Shown here: one piece after another, positions 11,191-21,302 of the stretch
How positions within the stretch are numbered: position 1 is the first letter of the stretch
Layout: each line of letters starts with the position of its first letter
Virus record (IMG/VR): IMGVR_UViG_3300003691_000002
Coordinates: 24,691-88,690 of that record
Source: a virus
Strand: one strand, 5' to 3'
Length of the DNA stretch: 64,000 nucleotides
Program-made: the position numbers and the translations under genes
Notes under the pieces: model-generated
Databases searched by the model: none
What the model was told of the DNA's origin: nothing
What the model saw: the letters and a program-made list of their open reading frames with translations, nothing else

Positions 11191-11730
11191 TTAAAATCTA
11201 GTTTTTAATCTTTTATTTATTTCTTCTAATGTTATAGGCTCATAATGTAATTGTTCTGCTGAAACATTAAAATAATTAGGATGTAATATTTCAACATCTT
11301 TTTTAAATTCAAAATCCCAAGTATAAGCATGTATATTATTTTCATGTAAATGACCATGAATATTTATACTTGCTCTATAAGTTAATTCTTTAGGATGTAT
11401 AGGTATATGAGTTAATAAATATTTATTTTTATATTTTATAGGCCCTGAAACATGATCTACATGTTTTAATAATTCTCTAACATCTTGTCTTCTGTCGTGA
11501 TTTCCTAAAACTACATATTTCTTTCCTTTTAATAAATCTAATAATTCATAACCTGCTTTCTTCTCCATAGTAATATCACCTAATATATAAGTGACATCTT
11601 TTTTATGAACAACTTTATTCCAAGTTTCAATAATATGTTTGTTCATTTTTTGTGCATTTTCAAATCCTCTGAAAGAAGCACAATTTTCGTGATTAAAATG
11701 TAAATCTGAAATAAATCTTACTACGCCCAT
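11191..11730 (-). CDS. Calcineurin-like metallophosphoesterase
   Basis: Motifs SDLHF, LGD, GNHD, LTHIP, HGHLH. Start probably MGVVRF rather than the longer ORF call. Confidence 0.9.
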   Translation of the reverse strand: MGVVRFISDLHFNHENCASFRGFENAQKMNKHIIETWNKVVHKKDVTYILGDITMEKKAGYELLDLLKGKKYVVLGNHDRRQDVRELLKHVDHVSGPIKYKNKYLLTHIPIHPKELTYRASINIHGHLHENNIHAYTWDFEFKKDVEILHPNYFNVSAEQLHYEPITLEEINKRLKTRF

Positions 11731-12026
11731 ATTTGTGGAATTAAAGTTGATATATACCATCCTAATAAAAATCCTACACTGCTAGGTATTGGAAATAAAA
11801 TATTTTTTCCAAATTTACTAACGTATTTATTTCTATTAAGTATTTTACTTTCTAATTGTTTTAATCCATAGTAGGCAAAAAAAATAAACCACCATAAATT
11901 ACTAATTACTGCTCCAATAACTATTGCGCTAAAGAAGCCGTAAAGAAAATTAACAAAAGCATGTTTTGTTATTTCTTGTATTGATACTTCTGTATCTAAA
12001 ACTTTTCTTTTTTTAGTATAGTGCAT
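11721..12026 (-). CDS. Small membrane protein
   Basis: 101 aa with two or three hydrophobic segments. Confidence 0.65.
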   Translation of the reverse strand: MHYTKKRKVLDTEVSIQEITKHAFVNFLYGFFSAIVIGAVISNLWWFIFFAYYGLKQLESKILNRNKYVSKFGKNILFPIPSSVGFLLGWYISTLIPQIWA

Positions 12027-12921
12027 TCTCTCTAAATGTTTTTAAAAAGCTAAGATTAATTTTATTTATTATTTCAACATAATTTAATAATATAAAATTT
12101 CTAATAAATAGTTCATTTTCTTTTGCAGAATAAAAAAAATACATTATTGTTTTTAACATATGATCAAAAGAAAATTCTTTAAATAAATTATCATGAATTT
12201 TATTATCTTCATCAAAAAAATTTTCAATATAATATGCTTGTAAAAAATCAATACAAAAATTTAATTTTTCTTCTTCTGTTAGCATATTAAAACATTTTAT
12301 TGAATAATGATTTGGTAATAAAAAACTTACTTTATAAACAGCAGATTTTAAATACATAGTATCTGTTTTATAAAATAATTGTACAATTTTGCCTAATGAT
12401 TTTTTAAAAGGGGTTGCTTTTTTAATATCATCTTCATAGCAAGTTTGTGCGCTATATGTTGAAAAGTAATCTCCTGCACTTATGGCTTTTTGTATCTTTT
12501 CATTTGTTATATATCCATTACAATTTAATTGTTCAAGTAATTTAGGATACATATAATGAAAACCTAACATTCTATTATGCCAAACTTCTATATCATAATG
12601 AATCTTAAATAAATTAAGACTATTAAAAATAAAAGTAGTAATAGGAGATGCTATTTTTGTTTTATTAAAAGCTAATTCATACCTATAATAATATTTGGCA
12701 TATTTTAAATGCAATGGGTTATAAAAACATAATGTATCTAAAAAGCTATCTACATTTTTATATAATCTAATTCCTTCATCTTTAAAATAAAGTTCATATT
12801 CTTTATTTTTAATAGAGTCTAAAAAATCATCAACTTCATGATCAAAAGCAATAAATTCTTTATCTATAATATCATGAGATGAATTGTAATAATTAATAGC
12901 TATATCTCCTATTACTAACAT
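12013..12921 (-). CDS. NrdC.11-like protein (degenerate Pol-beta nucleotidyltransferase-like N-terminus)
   Basis: N-terminus MLVIGDIA...DKEFIA resembles the hhhGSxA...DxD pattern of T4 NrdC.11-like proteins, but is degenerate. Confidence 0.4.
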   Translation of the reverse strand: MLVIGDIAINYYNSSHDIIDKEFIAFDHEVDDFLDSIKNKEYELYFKDEGIRLYKNVDSFLDTLCFYNPLHLKYAKYYYRYELAFNKTKIASPITTFIFNSLNLFKIHYDIEVWHNRMLGFHYMYPKLLEQLNCNGYITNEKIQKAISAGDYFSTYSAQTCYEDDIKKATPFKKSLGKIVQLFYKTDTMYLKSAVYKVSFLLPNHYSIKCFNMLTEEEKLNFCIDFLQAYYIENFFDEDNKIHDNLFKEFSFDHMLKTIMYFFYSAKENELFIRNFILLNYVEIINKINLSFLKTFRENALY

Positions 12922-12923
12922 TT

Positions 12924-14123
12924 TTATTTTTTAATGTGATTTATACATTCTTTTAGGTTATTAAAATAAAACATTTTTAAATTTGAAATATTACTAAAAA
13001 TTTTATTAAACCAAACTTCTTCTTGGGTATTTTTAGTTACAAATATAAAAACTCTTCCTATTTTATTATTCTTTCTTAATCTTCCGATTCTTTGAATAAA
13101 ATCTTTATCTGTACTATAATAAGACATTATAATACAATTATCAACATTATTAAGATTTGCTCCTTGTTTTAATTTTTTAAAACTTCCTATAACATTTGTA
13201 ATTCCTTTTTCAAAGTTATCTCTTATTGCTGTATTTTCTGCATCAGTGTTACGAGAGCTTACAACATTATTTGTAACTTTATATAAGGAGTCTAAAGAAT
13301 TACTAAATATTATAGTTTTACTTTTTAAATGTTTTAAAATTTCTTTTGTTGCAGCTATTTTTGAAGGTAAATTATATAATATATTACTTCTTTTATGAGA
13401 AGTTATTCTTATTTTTAATTTTTTAGTTTCTTCGTCAGAAATAAACCACGCTGTTTTATGTTGTTTATCCCAATATGAGTATGCTGCATCTTCAGTTTGA
13501 TAGAATCTTTTCTTTTTATTACCTGCTTCTATAGTTTTATTTTTGTTATCTAATTCATGATTTATAACAAAAATTTCTAATTCTCTGGTTGTACCATCTT
13601 TTTGACCGTCTTTAACAGTATATTTAAAACAAATAGGAGCTATTTTATTTAATAAATCTCCTTTAGTATAAGATACAATTTCTGTTTCATATAAAGTTTT
13701 AGTATTAATAGTAGCAGATAATCCTATAATTGCATCATATTTATTATTAAAATAAAATTTAGAATATGCAGGAGTTAAAGAATCATGTATTTCATCAGCA
13801 ATTACTAATCCAATATCATTTCTTCCCTTCCATTTATAAACTGTTTGATAACAATAAAAATGTAAATTATAGTCTTCTAAAACATTTTTATCAAAAAGCT
13901 TGTTAAACTTATCAATATCATTTTTTAAATCTTTAATTCTATCTGTTGCTTCTGCTAAAAATAAATGTATTTTACCATCATTTTTAGGCATTGTATATAA
14001 AGCATGTAAAGATATAAAAGTTTTTCCTAAACCAGTTATGATTTCACAAGTACCTTTTTTATCTTTTTCGATCCATTTATGTAAAGCTTCTGTTTGAATT
14101 TTATTTCTAACAGAGTCTAACAT
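12924..14123 (-). CDS. Superfamily 2 DExH helicase (ResIII/Ssl2-like)
   Basis: TGLGKT, DEIH, GLSAT, QRIGR motifs. Confidence 0.9.
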   Translation of the reverse strand: MLDSVRNKIQTEALHKWIEKDKKGTCEIITGLGKTFISLHALYTMPKNDGKIHLFLAEATDRIKDLKNDIDKFNKLFDKNVLEDYNLHFYCYQTVYKWKGRNDIGLVIADEIHDSLTPAYSKFYFNNKYDAIIGLSATINTKTLYETEIVSYTKGDLLNKIAPICFKYTVKDGQKDGTTRELEIFVINHELDNKNKTIEAGNKKKRFYQTEDAAYSYWDKQHKTAWFISDEETKKLKIRITSHKRSNILYNLPSKIAATKEILKHLKSKTIIFSNSLDSLYKVTNNVVSSRNTDAENTAIRDNFEKGITNVIGSFKKLKQGANLNNVDNCIIMSYYSTDKDFIQRIGRLRKNNKIGRVFIFVTKNTQEEVWFNKIFSNISNLKMFYFNNLKECINHIKK

Positions 14124-14141
14124 AAAAAATTTTTTTTAAAT

Positions 14142-14173
14142 AAAAAAAAGGGCAGTGAAAACTGCCCTTTTTT
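14142..14173 (-). terminator. Intrinsic terminator after nrdA
   Basis: AAAAAAGGGCAGT-GAAA-ACTGCCCTTTTTT hairpin with flanking tracts. Confidence 0.85.
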
Positions 14174-14174
14174 A

Positions 14175-15803
14175 TTATGCTTCACAAGCTACACATTCAT
14201 TAATGTCTCTTGCAAAAGATTGTGCTGCACTTTGACTAAATTGATAATACAAAGTTTTAATTCCTTCTTCCCACGCATATAAATAAAGTTTATTAATTTC
14301 TTTAGCTGGTACAGAAGGATGAATCATAAGATTCAATGATTGACTTTGGTCTATAAATTTTTGTCTTTGTGCTGCTTGTAATATTAATTCTTTTGGACTT
14401 ATTTCAATAAAAGATTTAAATACTTCTTTTGTTGGAAAATCTAAATGTTGACAACTTCCATCATTGTCTAAAATAGATTGCCATACTTCAGGAGTATTTA
14501 GATCATATTTTTCAAGTTCCTGTTCAAGTATTTTATTTTTATATACAGATTTAGATTTAGCTAAATCTTTTACAAAATAATTAGACTTAATAGGCTCAAT
14601 TCCCATTGAAACTTGTCCTAAAATAAAACTACTAGATTTTGTAGGTGCTATAGCTAAAAGAGTAGTATTAGCAAATCCTTCTCTTAAACATTTATAACCT
14701 AAATGTTCATAACACCATCGAGAAGCATAGTCACTTCTCTCTTTTAAAGTAGAAAATATTTCATGATTTATTTGTTTAGTTTTTAAAGATTCAAATTCAA
14801 TAAGTTTAGATTGTAAATAAGAATGATATCCTAATACACCTAAACCTAAAGCACGATGTTCTTTAGCAAATTTATGTGCTCTTCCCATTCCTGGTAATTT
14901 AGAAGACTTTTCAATAAAATCTTCCATAACAGCATTTAAAAAAAGAACATAAGTTTCTATTGCGTCTGTATTTTTTATTTCATCCCAATGCAATAAATTT
15001 ATACTACCTAAACAACAAACAAAAGAACTATAAGAATCAGTTGGTAATTGTATTTCTGAACATAAATTACTTGCTGTAATTTCTAATCCTAATTCTTTAT
15101 AAGGAGTATTATTGTTACTGTTATCTTTAAACATAATATAAGGAAATCCAAACTCACTTCTTCTTTGAAGAACTTTAGCCCAAACTTTTCTGTTTGGAGA
15201 TTCTGGATTATTTATCATATCATGTAACCAATCGTCTGTAACAGTTACAGCATATTGTAAATTTTGTATAGGATTTCCTTCAATACCAATATCTAAAAAA
15301 TCCATAATATCAGGATGTTCAATAGGTAGATATAAAGCACAGGCACCTCTTCTAGCATCTGATTGTTTACATTTGTCTATAATAGTATCGTACATTACAG
15401 CATAATGTACAGGACCGTCTGCTTTACCTCCAGTACTAATATTAGCACCACGAGGTCTAATATTACCTAAATAAGCAGAAGTACCACCTCCATATTTAGA
15501 CATCATTCCTATTTCTCTACCTGCATTCAAAATACTGTCTAATGTATCGTCTACATTAGAACCATAACAACTAATCGCTAATGCACGTTCATAACCAAAG
15601 TTGGTCCATACAGGAGTAGAAAGAGAATAAAATCCTCTTTGCATATAATCCTCAAATTTTTGAGAAAAATTTTTAATTCCTAATATTTTTTCTGCGTGAT
15701 TAGCAATATCTTTAATTCTTTGTTCAGGAGTAATATTTTCTTTTAAATATCCCCTTGACAAAAATATTCTACTTTCTTCATTTAGCCAATAATACTTTTT
15801 CAT
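14175..15803 (-). CDS. nrdA: Ribonucleotide reductase class Ia alpha subunit (short form, no ATP cone)
   Basis: ISCY, SNLCSEI, VCCLGS, APTKSSS, KTLYY, C-terminal CVACEA. Confidence 0.95.
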   Translation of the reverse strand: MKKYYWLNEESRIFLSRGYLKENITPEQRIKDIANHAEKILGIKNFSQKFEDYMQRGFYSLSTPVWTNFGYERALAISCYGSNVDDTLDSILNAGREIGMMSKYGGGTSAYLGNIRPRGANISTGGKADGPVHYAVMYDTIIDKCKQSDARRGACALYLPIEHPDIMDFLDIGIEGNPIQNLQYAVTVTDDWLHDMINNPESPNRKVWAKVLQRRSEFGFPYIMFKDNSNNNTPYKELGLEITASNLCSEIQLPTDSYSSFVCCLGSINLLHWDEIKNTDAIETYVLFLNAVMEDFIEKSSKLPGMGRAHKFAKEHRALGLGVLGYHSYLQSKLIEFESLKTKQINHEIFSTLKERSDYASRWCYEHLGYKCLREGFANTTLLAIAPTKSSSFILGQVSMGIEPIKSNYFVKDLAKSKSVYKNKILEQELEKYDLNTPEVWQSILDNDGSCQHLDFPTKEVFKSFIEISPKELILQAAQRQKFIDQSQSLNLMIHPSVPAKEINKLYLYAWEEGIKTLYYQFSQSAAQSFARDINECVACEA

Positions 15804-15805
15804 AG

Positions 15806-16780
15806 TTAAAATAAGTCACTTCCTGTGATAGGTTTTGATTTTTTGTTATAATCTATTTGTTTTTTGTAAAAAAAGTCTCCTTCTTTAGTAGATTTTAACT
15901 CTACTTCAAACCAAAGAGTAGGTTCTAATAATTCAATGTTAACTTCAAATAAAGGTTCTAAACCAATTTTTTCTAAAGAGTTATTAAATCTATTTTTAAT
16001 AAATTCCTGCACAACTCTTTGAGGTAAAAAATCTAATTCTCCCTTTTCAAAAATCCAATCTAATACTTTGCATTCAGCTATATAAGCTTTTTTGCAAGCA
16101 GAATAAATTAATTTATTAAAATCTTCATCAAACCACTCAGGGTTTTCTTTTTTTATAATATTGATAATTTCAACACCAAAATTACCATGTATATCTTCTT
16201 CCTTTGATGTAGCTTCTACTACATTAGATATACCTTTAAACAGATTTTTGTCTTTATTAAAAGACATTAAAATCAAAAATTGGCTAAATAATGACACATG
16301 TTCAATAAAAAGAGAAAAAAGTAATACACTTTTAGTATAAAGCTTATCACTCTTGCTACGTGTACCATCTAAATATTTAGTAAGATAGCTAATTCTATCT
16401 TTTATAGCTGGTACTTCTATTACCTTTTCAAATTCTTTTTGTAAACCTAATACATTTAATAATTCTGCATAGGCATCTTTGTGTCTTACTTCGGATTCAG
16501 CAAAAGTCATTCCAACATCTCCTATTTCAGGTATAGGCATTCTTTTATACATGTCTGCCCAAAATGTTTTAACACTGACTTCTATTTGTGCTATTCCTAG
16601 CATGGATCGTTTAATTGCTTCCTTTTCAACTTCAGTTACGTTTACTTTATAATCAGATATATCAGAAGTAAAATTAAATTCTGTATGCAACCAATAAGAA
16701 TGTCTAATTGCATTTTTAAATTTAATTAATTCTGGATATTGATATGGAAGAATATTAATCCTTTTCTTAAATATACTCAT
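15806..16780 (-). CDS. nrdB: Ribonucleotide reductase class Ia beta subunit
   Basis: Ferritin-like ligands ESEVRH..AY, IEHVSLFSQF, KEEDIH, DFF. Adjacent to nrdA. Confidence 0.95.
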   Translation of the reverse strand: MSIFKKRINILPYQYPELIKFKNAIRHSYWLHTEFNFTSDISDYKVNVTEVEKEAIKRSMLGIAQIEVSVKTFWADMYKRMPIPEIGDVGMTFAESEVRHKDAYAELLNVLGLQKEFEKVIEVPAIKDRISYLTKYLDGTRSKSDKLYTKSVLLFSLFIEHVSLFSQFLILMSFNKDKNLFKGISNVVEATSKEEDIHGNFGVEIINIIKKENPEWFDEDFNKLIYSACKKAYIAECKVLDWIFEKGELDFLPQRVVQEFIKNRFNNSLEKIGLEPLFEVNIELLEPTLWFEVELKSTKEGDFFYKKQIDYNKKSKPITGSDLF

Positions 16781-16806
16781 AAGCTAATATACTTACTAAC
16801 TTATTA

Positions 16807-17364
16807 TCAAATGTGTAATGTTTGTTTGTTTAATTGAATTGTTTCTTTTTCTTTAGACATTATATCTGATAATTCAGCATCATCAGAAAGAGTAACATTC
16901 AATTCTTTTTCTATTGATTTTTTTAAAATCTCTTCTCTATATAAAATATGTTTTATTCTTAATAAAAAACCAATAGCATCTGGCTTCCTATGATAAATAT
17001 GTGTAAAAAACTCTAAAATAAGTTCTTTAGCATCTTCTTCATATAAAGAATACTTACCTTGAATAAAACAATTATATTCATATAAATATTCTTCTGGAAA
17101 CTTAAATACTAATACAATAGTTTCTTTAGAAGAATCAATTAAATCTATAAAATATTCATTATTTGTTAATGAATATTCATATTGTTTAAAATCATCTGTA
17201 TCTATATATTCTAGTTCTACAAATATACAATTTTTATATTTATTTTCACTATCAAAAATATAAGTATTAAGAATATTATTGTAATATTTTTTATTAAAAT
17301 TTACAACTTCTGATAATAATGGTAGTAAGTAAGTTTTTGATTTGTTAGACTTACTTTTTTTCAT
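16807..17364 (-). CDS. Conserved hypothetical phage protein
   Basis: 185 aa. NKSKTYLLP...GKYS...DAEL pattern; in operon. Confidence 0.7.
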   Translation of the reverse strand: MKKSKSNKSKTYLLPLLSEVVNFNKKYYNNILNTYIFDSENKYKNCIFVELEYIDTDDFKQYEYSLTNNEYFIDLIDSSKETIVLVFKFPEEYLYEYNCFIQGKYSLYEEDAKELILEFFTHIYHRKPDAIGFLLRIKHILYREEILKKSIEKELNVTLSDDAELSDIMSKEKETIQLNKQTLHI

Positions 17365-17377
17365 TACATAAAAATAT

Positions 17378-18379
17378 TTATTCTAAAGTTATAAATGAAT
17401 CTTCTAATTTTAACCTTCCTTTAGATTCATAAATTTTTTTAGATAATTTAAATTCGTTGTGATTAATATGCCATTTTATTTCTTCTAACAACTCATTTAA
17501 ACCTTTATATTTTATACCAGAAGTATCGGTAAAACCGTTTTTAGATGCCTTTAGCCATTTTTTAGTTGTTTCATATACTAAAGGAATCCTTTCATATCGT
17601 GAGATATATAAAAATTCAAAAGGTAATAATTTATATCCTTTTAATCCTGTTAATTTTAAAAAAGTAGGGAATGCAAGGGTATAAATTAAAGCTTGGAGAT
17701 CATATCTCCATTTTAAAAGACTTGTTATAAATTTACTACAACTATCTTTTCCTGTTTTCAAGTCAATAAATTTTACAGTCTTTTTTTTGTGGTCTATTAA
17801 AACTTTATCAATAATGCCTCTAATTTTGAAGCCTGATTTTTCAAACGTAAATTTAAATTGATTATAATGTTCTAAATTATTATTAAAAATATAACTAGAA
17901 TTTTCGTGGGTTAATAATACTTCCACTACTTCTTTTGCAAACTCTAAATCTTCAGAACTTACAATAGTTTTATTTTTAGAATCAAATTTAGCATGAATAT
18001 AATTCCAAAATTCTTCAGAATTTAACTCTTGTAAAATACGTTCATCTTTCCAGCGAGGCCATAACTTATTTTTTTTACAAAGTTCTAGCATCTCTTCTAT
18101 AGAGGGTATTTCAATATAATTATCTAAAATTATATTGCATAATTTAGCAAGATTACCTATAGGCTTACCGCCATCAAATACAAGATAAATCTTATTAAAA
18201 TTATGTTTATTTAGCAATAAATCATCTATAAGAGAACCAAGTCTAATTCCATCAGAGTCTATTTCTTTTTTAACTCTAACAAGTGCTTCCGCACCATTTT
18301 TGTTAAAATCGACAATACGACTATAAGATAAGGCACGATCAAATTTCTCTAGATCATATAATGCATCTAATTCATTCAT
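17378..18379 (-). CDS. PD-(D/E)XK exonuclease (RecE/exonuclease VIII-like)
   Basis: LSYS, RGIIDKV..D...IDLKT, YDLQALIY motifs. Confidence 0.85.
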   Translation of the reverse strand: MNELDALYDLEKFDRALSYSRIVDFNKNGAEALVRVKKEIDSDGIRLGSLIDDLLLNKHNFNKIYLVFDGGKPIGNLAKLCNIILDNYIEIPSIEEMLELCKKNKLWPRWKDERILQELNSEEFWNYIHAKFDSKNKTIVSSEDLEFAKEVVEVLLTHENSSYIFNNNLEHYNQFKFTFEKSGFKIRGIIDKVLIDHKKKTVKFIDLKTGKDSCSKFITSLLKWRYDLQALIYTLAFPTFLKLTGLKGYKLLPFEFLYISRYERIPLVYETTKKWLKASKNGFTDTSGIKYKGLNELLEEIKWHINHNEFKLSKKIYESKGRLKLEDSFITLE

Positions 18380-18425
18380 TTAAAATTTAAACGACCACTT
18401 TTTAATTGTTTTTGTTTCATAAGCA

Positions 18426-18869
18426 TTATAAAATTTTTAAATAAACACCAGGATTTTCTTTGTCGTAAGAATAATAATTTCCTTTCAACAAAAGTGGAAA
18501 AGGTAAAAAATAATCCATATTATCATCTTCAATAATGTTATGTGCTACTAATAAATCTGCAATTATCTGCACAGCATTATGAAAATCAAATTTATGTCTA
18601 GTTCCACGTACAAAATGGATACCTATTTTTAATGGGTATTTTTCCTTTTCCACTTGAGCTTTAAATTCCTCAATGTATTCTAAAAATAAATTAGGTCTAG
18701 TTATATATTCTTTAACTGTTTTTTTACTTGCAGAAAAAGATTGTATACCTAAACTTCTTAAATATTTAGTTACTGTTTTGGAATGAAAAACTCCTCTTTT
18801 AGTTTTAATTTTACTGTTTTTTAAACTTGGAACATTTCCAGGTATAAATACTTTACCATGTGATTTCAT
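18426..18869 (-). CDS. RusA-like Holliday junction resolvase
   Basis: IPGNVPSLKN, FDFHN...IADLLV..IIEDDN, DKENPG. Likely start MKSHGK. Confidence 0.75.
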   Translation of the reverse strand: MKSHGKVFIPGNVPSLKNSKIKTKRGVFHSKTVTKYLRSLGIQSFSASKKTVKEYITRPNLFLEYIEEFKAQVEKEKYPLKIGIHFVRGTRHKFDFHNAVQIIADLLVAHNIIEDDNMDYFLPFPLLLKGNYYSYDKENPGVYLKIL

Positions 18870-19593
18870 TTTTATTGTGTTCACTAAGTTTTTGATTAAT
18901 TTCGTCAAGGACAGAAGCAGACCATACTTTTGCTCCTTTTTTATAACCAACTTCTTTAATTAAATCATCAACAATAAAAACATCATGTTTTTCCGTATCA
19001 ATACAATGTTTAAATTCATTAGCAATATCTTCTCCTAAAAATAAAAAACATAAATATGCTTTTTTATTTAAAACAGATAAAATAAATTCAGTAAAATTTT
19101 TCCAAATATTCTTATGTTTGAATCTTTCCTTTCTACTTAATGTTTGAAAAGAAGGCAATAAAAAAACGCCTTGTTTCATATAAGAATTCATGGTAGGACT
19201 AAAATTTAAATTTAAAGTACCAAGAGCATTTTCTATAGAAGTATTCCAATAATGAGAAAAAAAAGGTAATCCAAATTCAGTAAGAGAATTAATTCCACAT
19301 CCTCCTACTAAAGCATGAGGATACACTCCATTAGGTATAATTACAACTTTTATACGAGAAAATTCAGTAAGTCTAAAATTTTCAAATAAATTTTCTTTTT
19401 TTGGAAAAACAATTTCTTCGTAATCATTTTTATAAACTTCATTTAAAAAAATCATCAAATTATATAAATAAGTTGAAGACATAAATTTTTGAGATTTTTT
19501 TAAAACTTTATACCAAGATTTTCCAAATAATTTTTTATAATCAATATTTAATACATAAGGAACTTTTACTTTCTTTATATTATTTAAATCCAT
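18853..19593 (-). CDS. Uracil-DNA glycosylase family 1-like protein with degenerate active site
   Basis: UNG scaffold (W..VL, VFPKKENLF..F.LT.F..IKVVI, QGVFLL, H..IW..FT). GQDPY is replaced by PNGVY and HPSPLS is absent. Confidence 0.75.
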   Translation of the reverse strand: MDLNNIKKVKVPYVLNIDYKKLFGKSWYKVLKKSQKFMSSTYLYNLMIFLNEVYKNDYEEIVFPKKENLFENFRLTEFSRIKVVIIPNGVYPHALVGGCGINSLTEFGLPFFSHYWNTSIENALGTLNLNFSPTMNSYMKQGVFLLPSFQTLSRKERFKHKNIWKNFTEFILSVLNKKAYLCFLFLGEDIANEFKHCIDTEKHDVFIVDDLIKEVGYKKGAKVWSASVLDEINQKLSEHNKNEITW

Positions 19594-19595
19594 TT

Positions 19596-21302
19596 TTAAA
19601 AATTATTTTCTAAATCTCTTAGTACTTCTTCTTCTTCTACTTGTTGTATTATTTCTGCTACTGCTGGTACTTCTTCATTATGATTAACAAATCTTATATT
19701 TGCAGCTTGAAGGTTACTACGATTAACCAAAGAATAAAAAGCATTTTTAAATTCTTTTTTTGAATTATTTAAAATATATCTAAAATCTACAGAAACAGGA
19801 GGACTATACAAAAGATTAGATTCATTAAAAAGAACAGGAGCTTCACCTTCTAATACTTTATTTTTAAAGTATTGTTGTCTTTTTCTCCAATAATCTTTTA
19901 TAACTTGTGCAAGTTTATTATCTTGAATTTCACTAATAATTATATAATTTAAATTTAATTTAGTAATAAGTCTTAAATCATTTTTAAGTAATTTATCAAC
20001 ATTATTATTAACAAATTTTATAATAGCAATACAAGTAAATAAATAAAAGATTACTTTATTAACATCAAAAGTAGGAGTATGAATTCTAAATTCTACAGTT
20101 TTTTTATTTCCAAAAACTATTGGAATTAAATTAACCCAATGATACCTACTTCTAATATTCCATTTAGCATTTCCATTAGGGTCGCTTGGATGATTTATAA
20201 CTTCATCCAAGTTACTTTTATAATGACTAAATGGAATTCCTCCTGATAATTGAGAAAATAAAACATCAAATCCTACTTCAGGCTTACTAAGTAATGAATA
20301 ATAAAATGTATCTCTATCTAATTCTTTAGTATAATCTTTTCTTTTTACTCTATATTTTTTACTTTTATATAAAGGAAAAGCAGAATAAAAATCATCTTGA
20401 ATTAAATAAAGAACTTTATATAACCCTAATAAATGTTTTGGAGTTCTTTTTAAACCTGCTACATGTAAATGTAAAGAACATTCATAATCTTCTTTAGTAT
20501 ATCTTTTAAGTTTTTTTAAACTTTTAATTAAACTAAAAACACCTTTAACACCTGAATAAGGAATAGTAGCATATTCTAAACCTTGTATACTTCCATCTCT
20601 TAAAGGAATTAATCCTAATTTTTTACAATCTCTTTCAGGAACTTTTCCTCTTACAGTTTCAAATTCAAAACCAAAACTATAATTTTCTTCAAAAAAATAT
20701 CTAAATTGTTTTAAAAAACTATCTATTTCTATATCTACATTACATTTATTATAAATTTCTATAGCAGTATTTAAATAATTTTTTGAATCATATAACAAGC
20801 CTCTTTTTTCTTCTTGATTACATTCAGGTAATGAAATAAATTTATATGCTCTTGTACGCTTAACATGTTCATATATTTCAGTTTCTAAATTATATTTATA
20901 ATAACGTGAGTTATTAAAAATATTATCATTTAAAACATTAAAAAATCCCTCAGAAGATTCTACTAATAAAGGAGCTATTTTATCTAAAGGAGATAAACTA
21001 AAATGTCCAAAAATAAGTTTATCTTTTTCAATACCTATTACTCCTTTAACAAATGTGTTATCTTTTTTGATTATATATCTTCCAATTCTATGATCAAAAA
21101 TTATTCTTTCTGTTTCAGCCCTATACCATTTTTTAACTTCTGGGATATAATATACATCTCCAGAATTTTTAATATGTATATTACCTTTTTTATAATATTT
21201 ACCATACATAAAACGGCAATTTATAATAGGTAATTTTTCTTGTGAAACAGTTGTGACTAATTTATTTTTTATATATTTACTACTCATAATAAAATTAATC
21301 AT
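19596..21302 (-). CDS. Putative amidoligase (COOH-NH2 ligase, Amidoligase_2-like)
   Basis: FGFEFET, RDGSI.GLEY, CSLHLHV, RYHWVNL, TVEFR motifs. Confidence 0.85.
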   Translation of the reverse strand: MINFIMSSKYIKNKLVTTVSQEKLPIINCRFMYGKYYKKGNIHIKNSGDVYYIPEVKKWYRAETERIIFDHRIGRYIIKKDNTFVKGVIGIEKDKLIFGHFSLSPLDKIAPLLVESSEGFFNVLNDNIFNNSRYYKYNLETEIYEHVKRTRAYKFISLPECNQEEKRGLLYDSKNYLNTAIEIYNKCNVDIEIDSFLKQFRYFFEENYSFGFEFETVRGKVPERDCKKLGLIPLRDGSIQGLEYATIPYSGVKGVFSLIKSLKKLKRYTKEDYECSLHLHVAGLKRTPKHLLGLYKVLYLIQDDFYSAFPLYKSKKYRVKRKDYTKELDRDTFYYSLLSKPEVGFDVLFSQLSGGIPFSHYKSNLDEVINHPSDPNGNAKWNIRSRYHWVNLIPIVFGNKKTVEFRIHTPTFDVNKVIFYLFTCIAIIKFVNNNVDKLLKNDLRLITKLNLNYIIISEIQDNKLAQVIKDYWRKRQQYFKNKVLEGEAPVLFNESNLLYSPPVSVDFRYILNNSKKEFKNAFYSLVNRSNLQAANIRFVNHNEEVPAVAEIIQQVEEEEVLRDLENNF

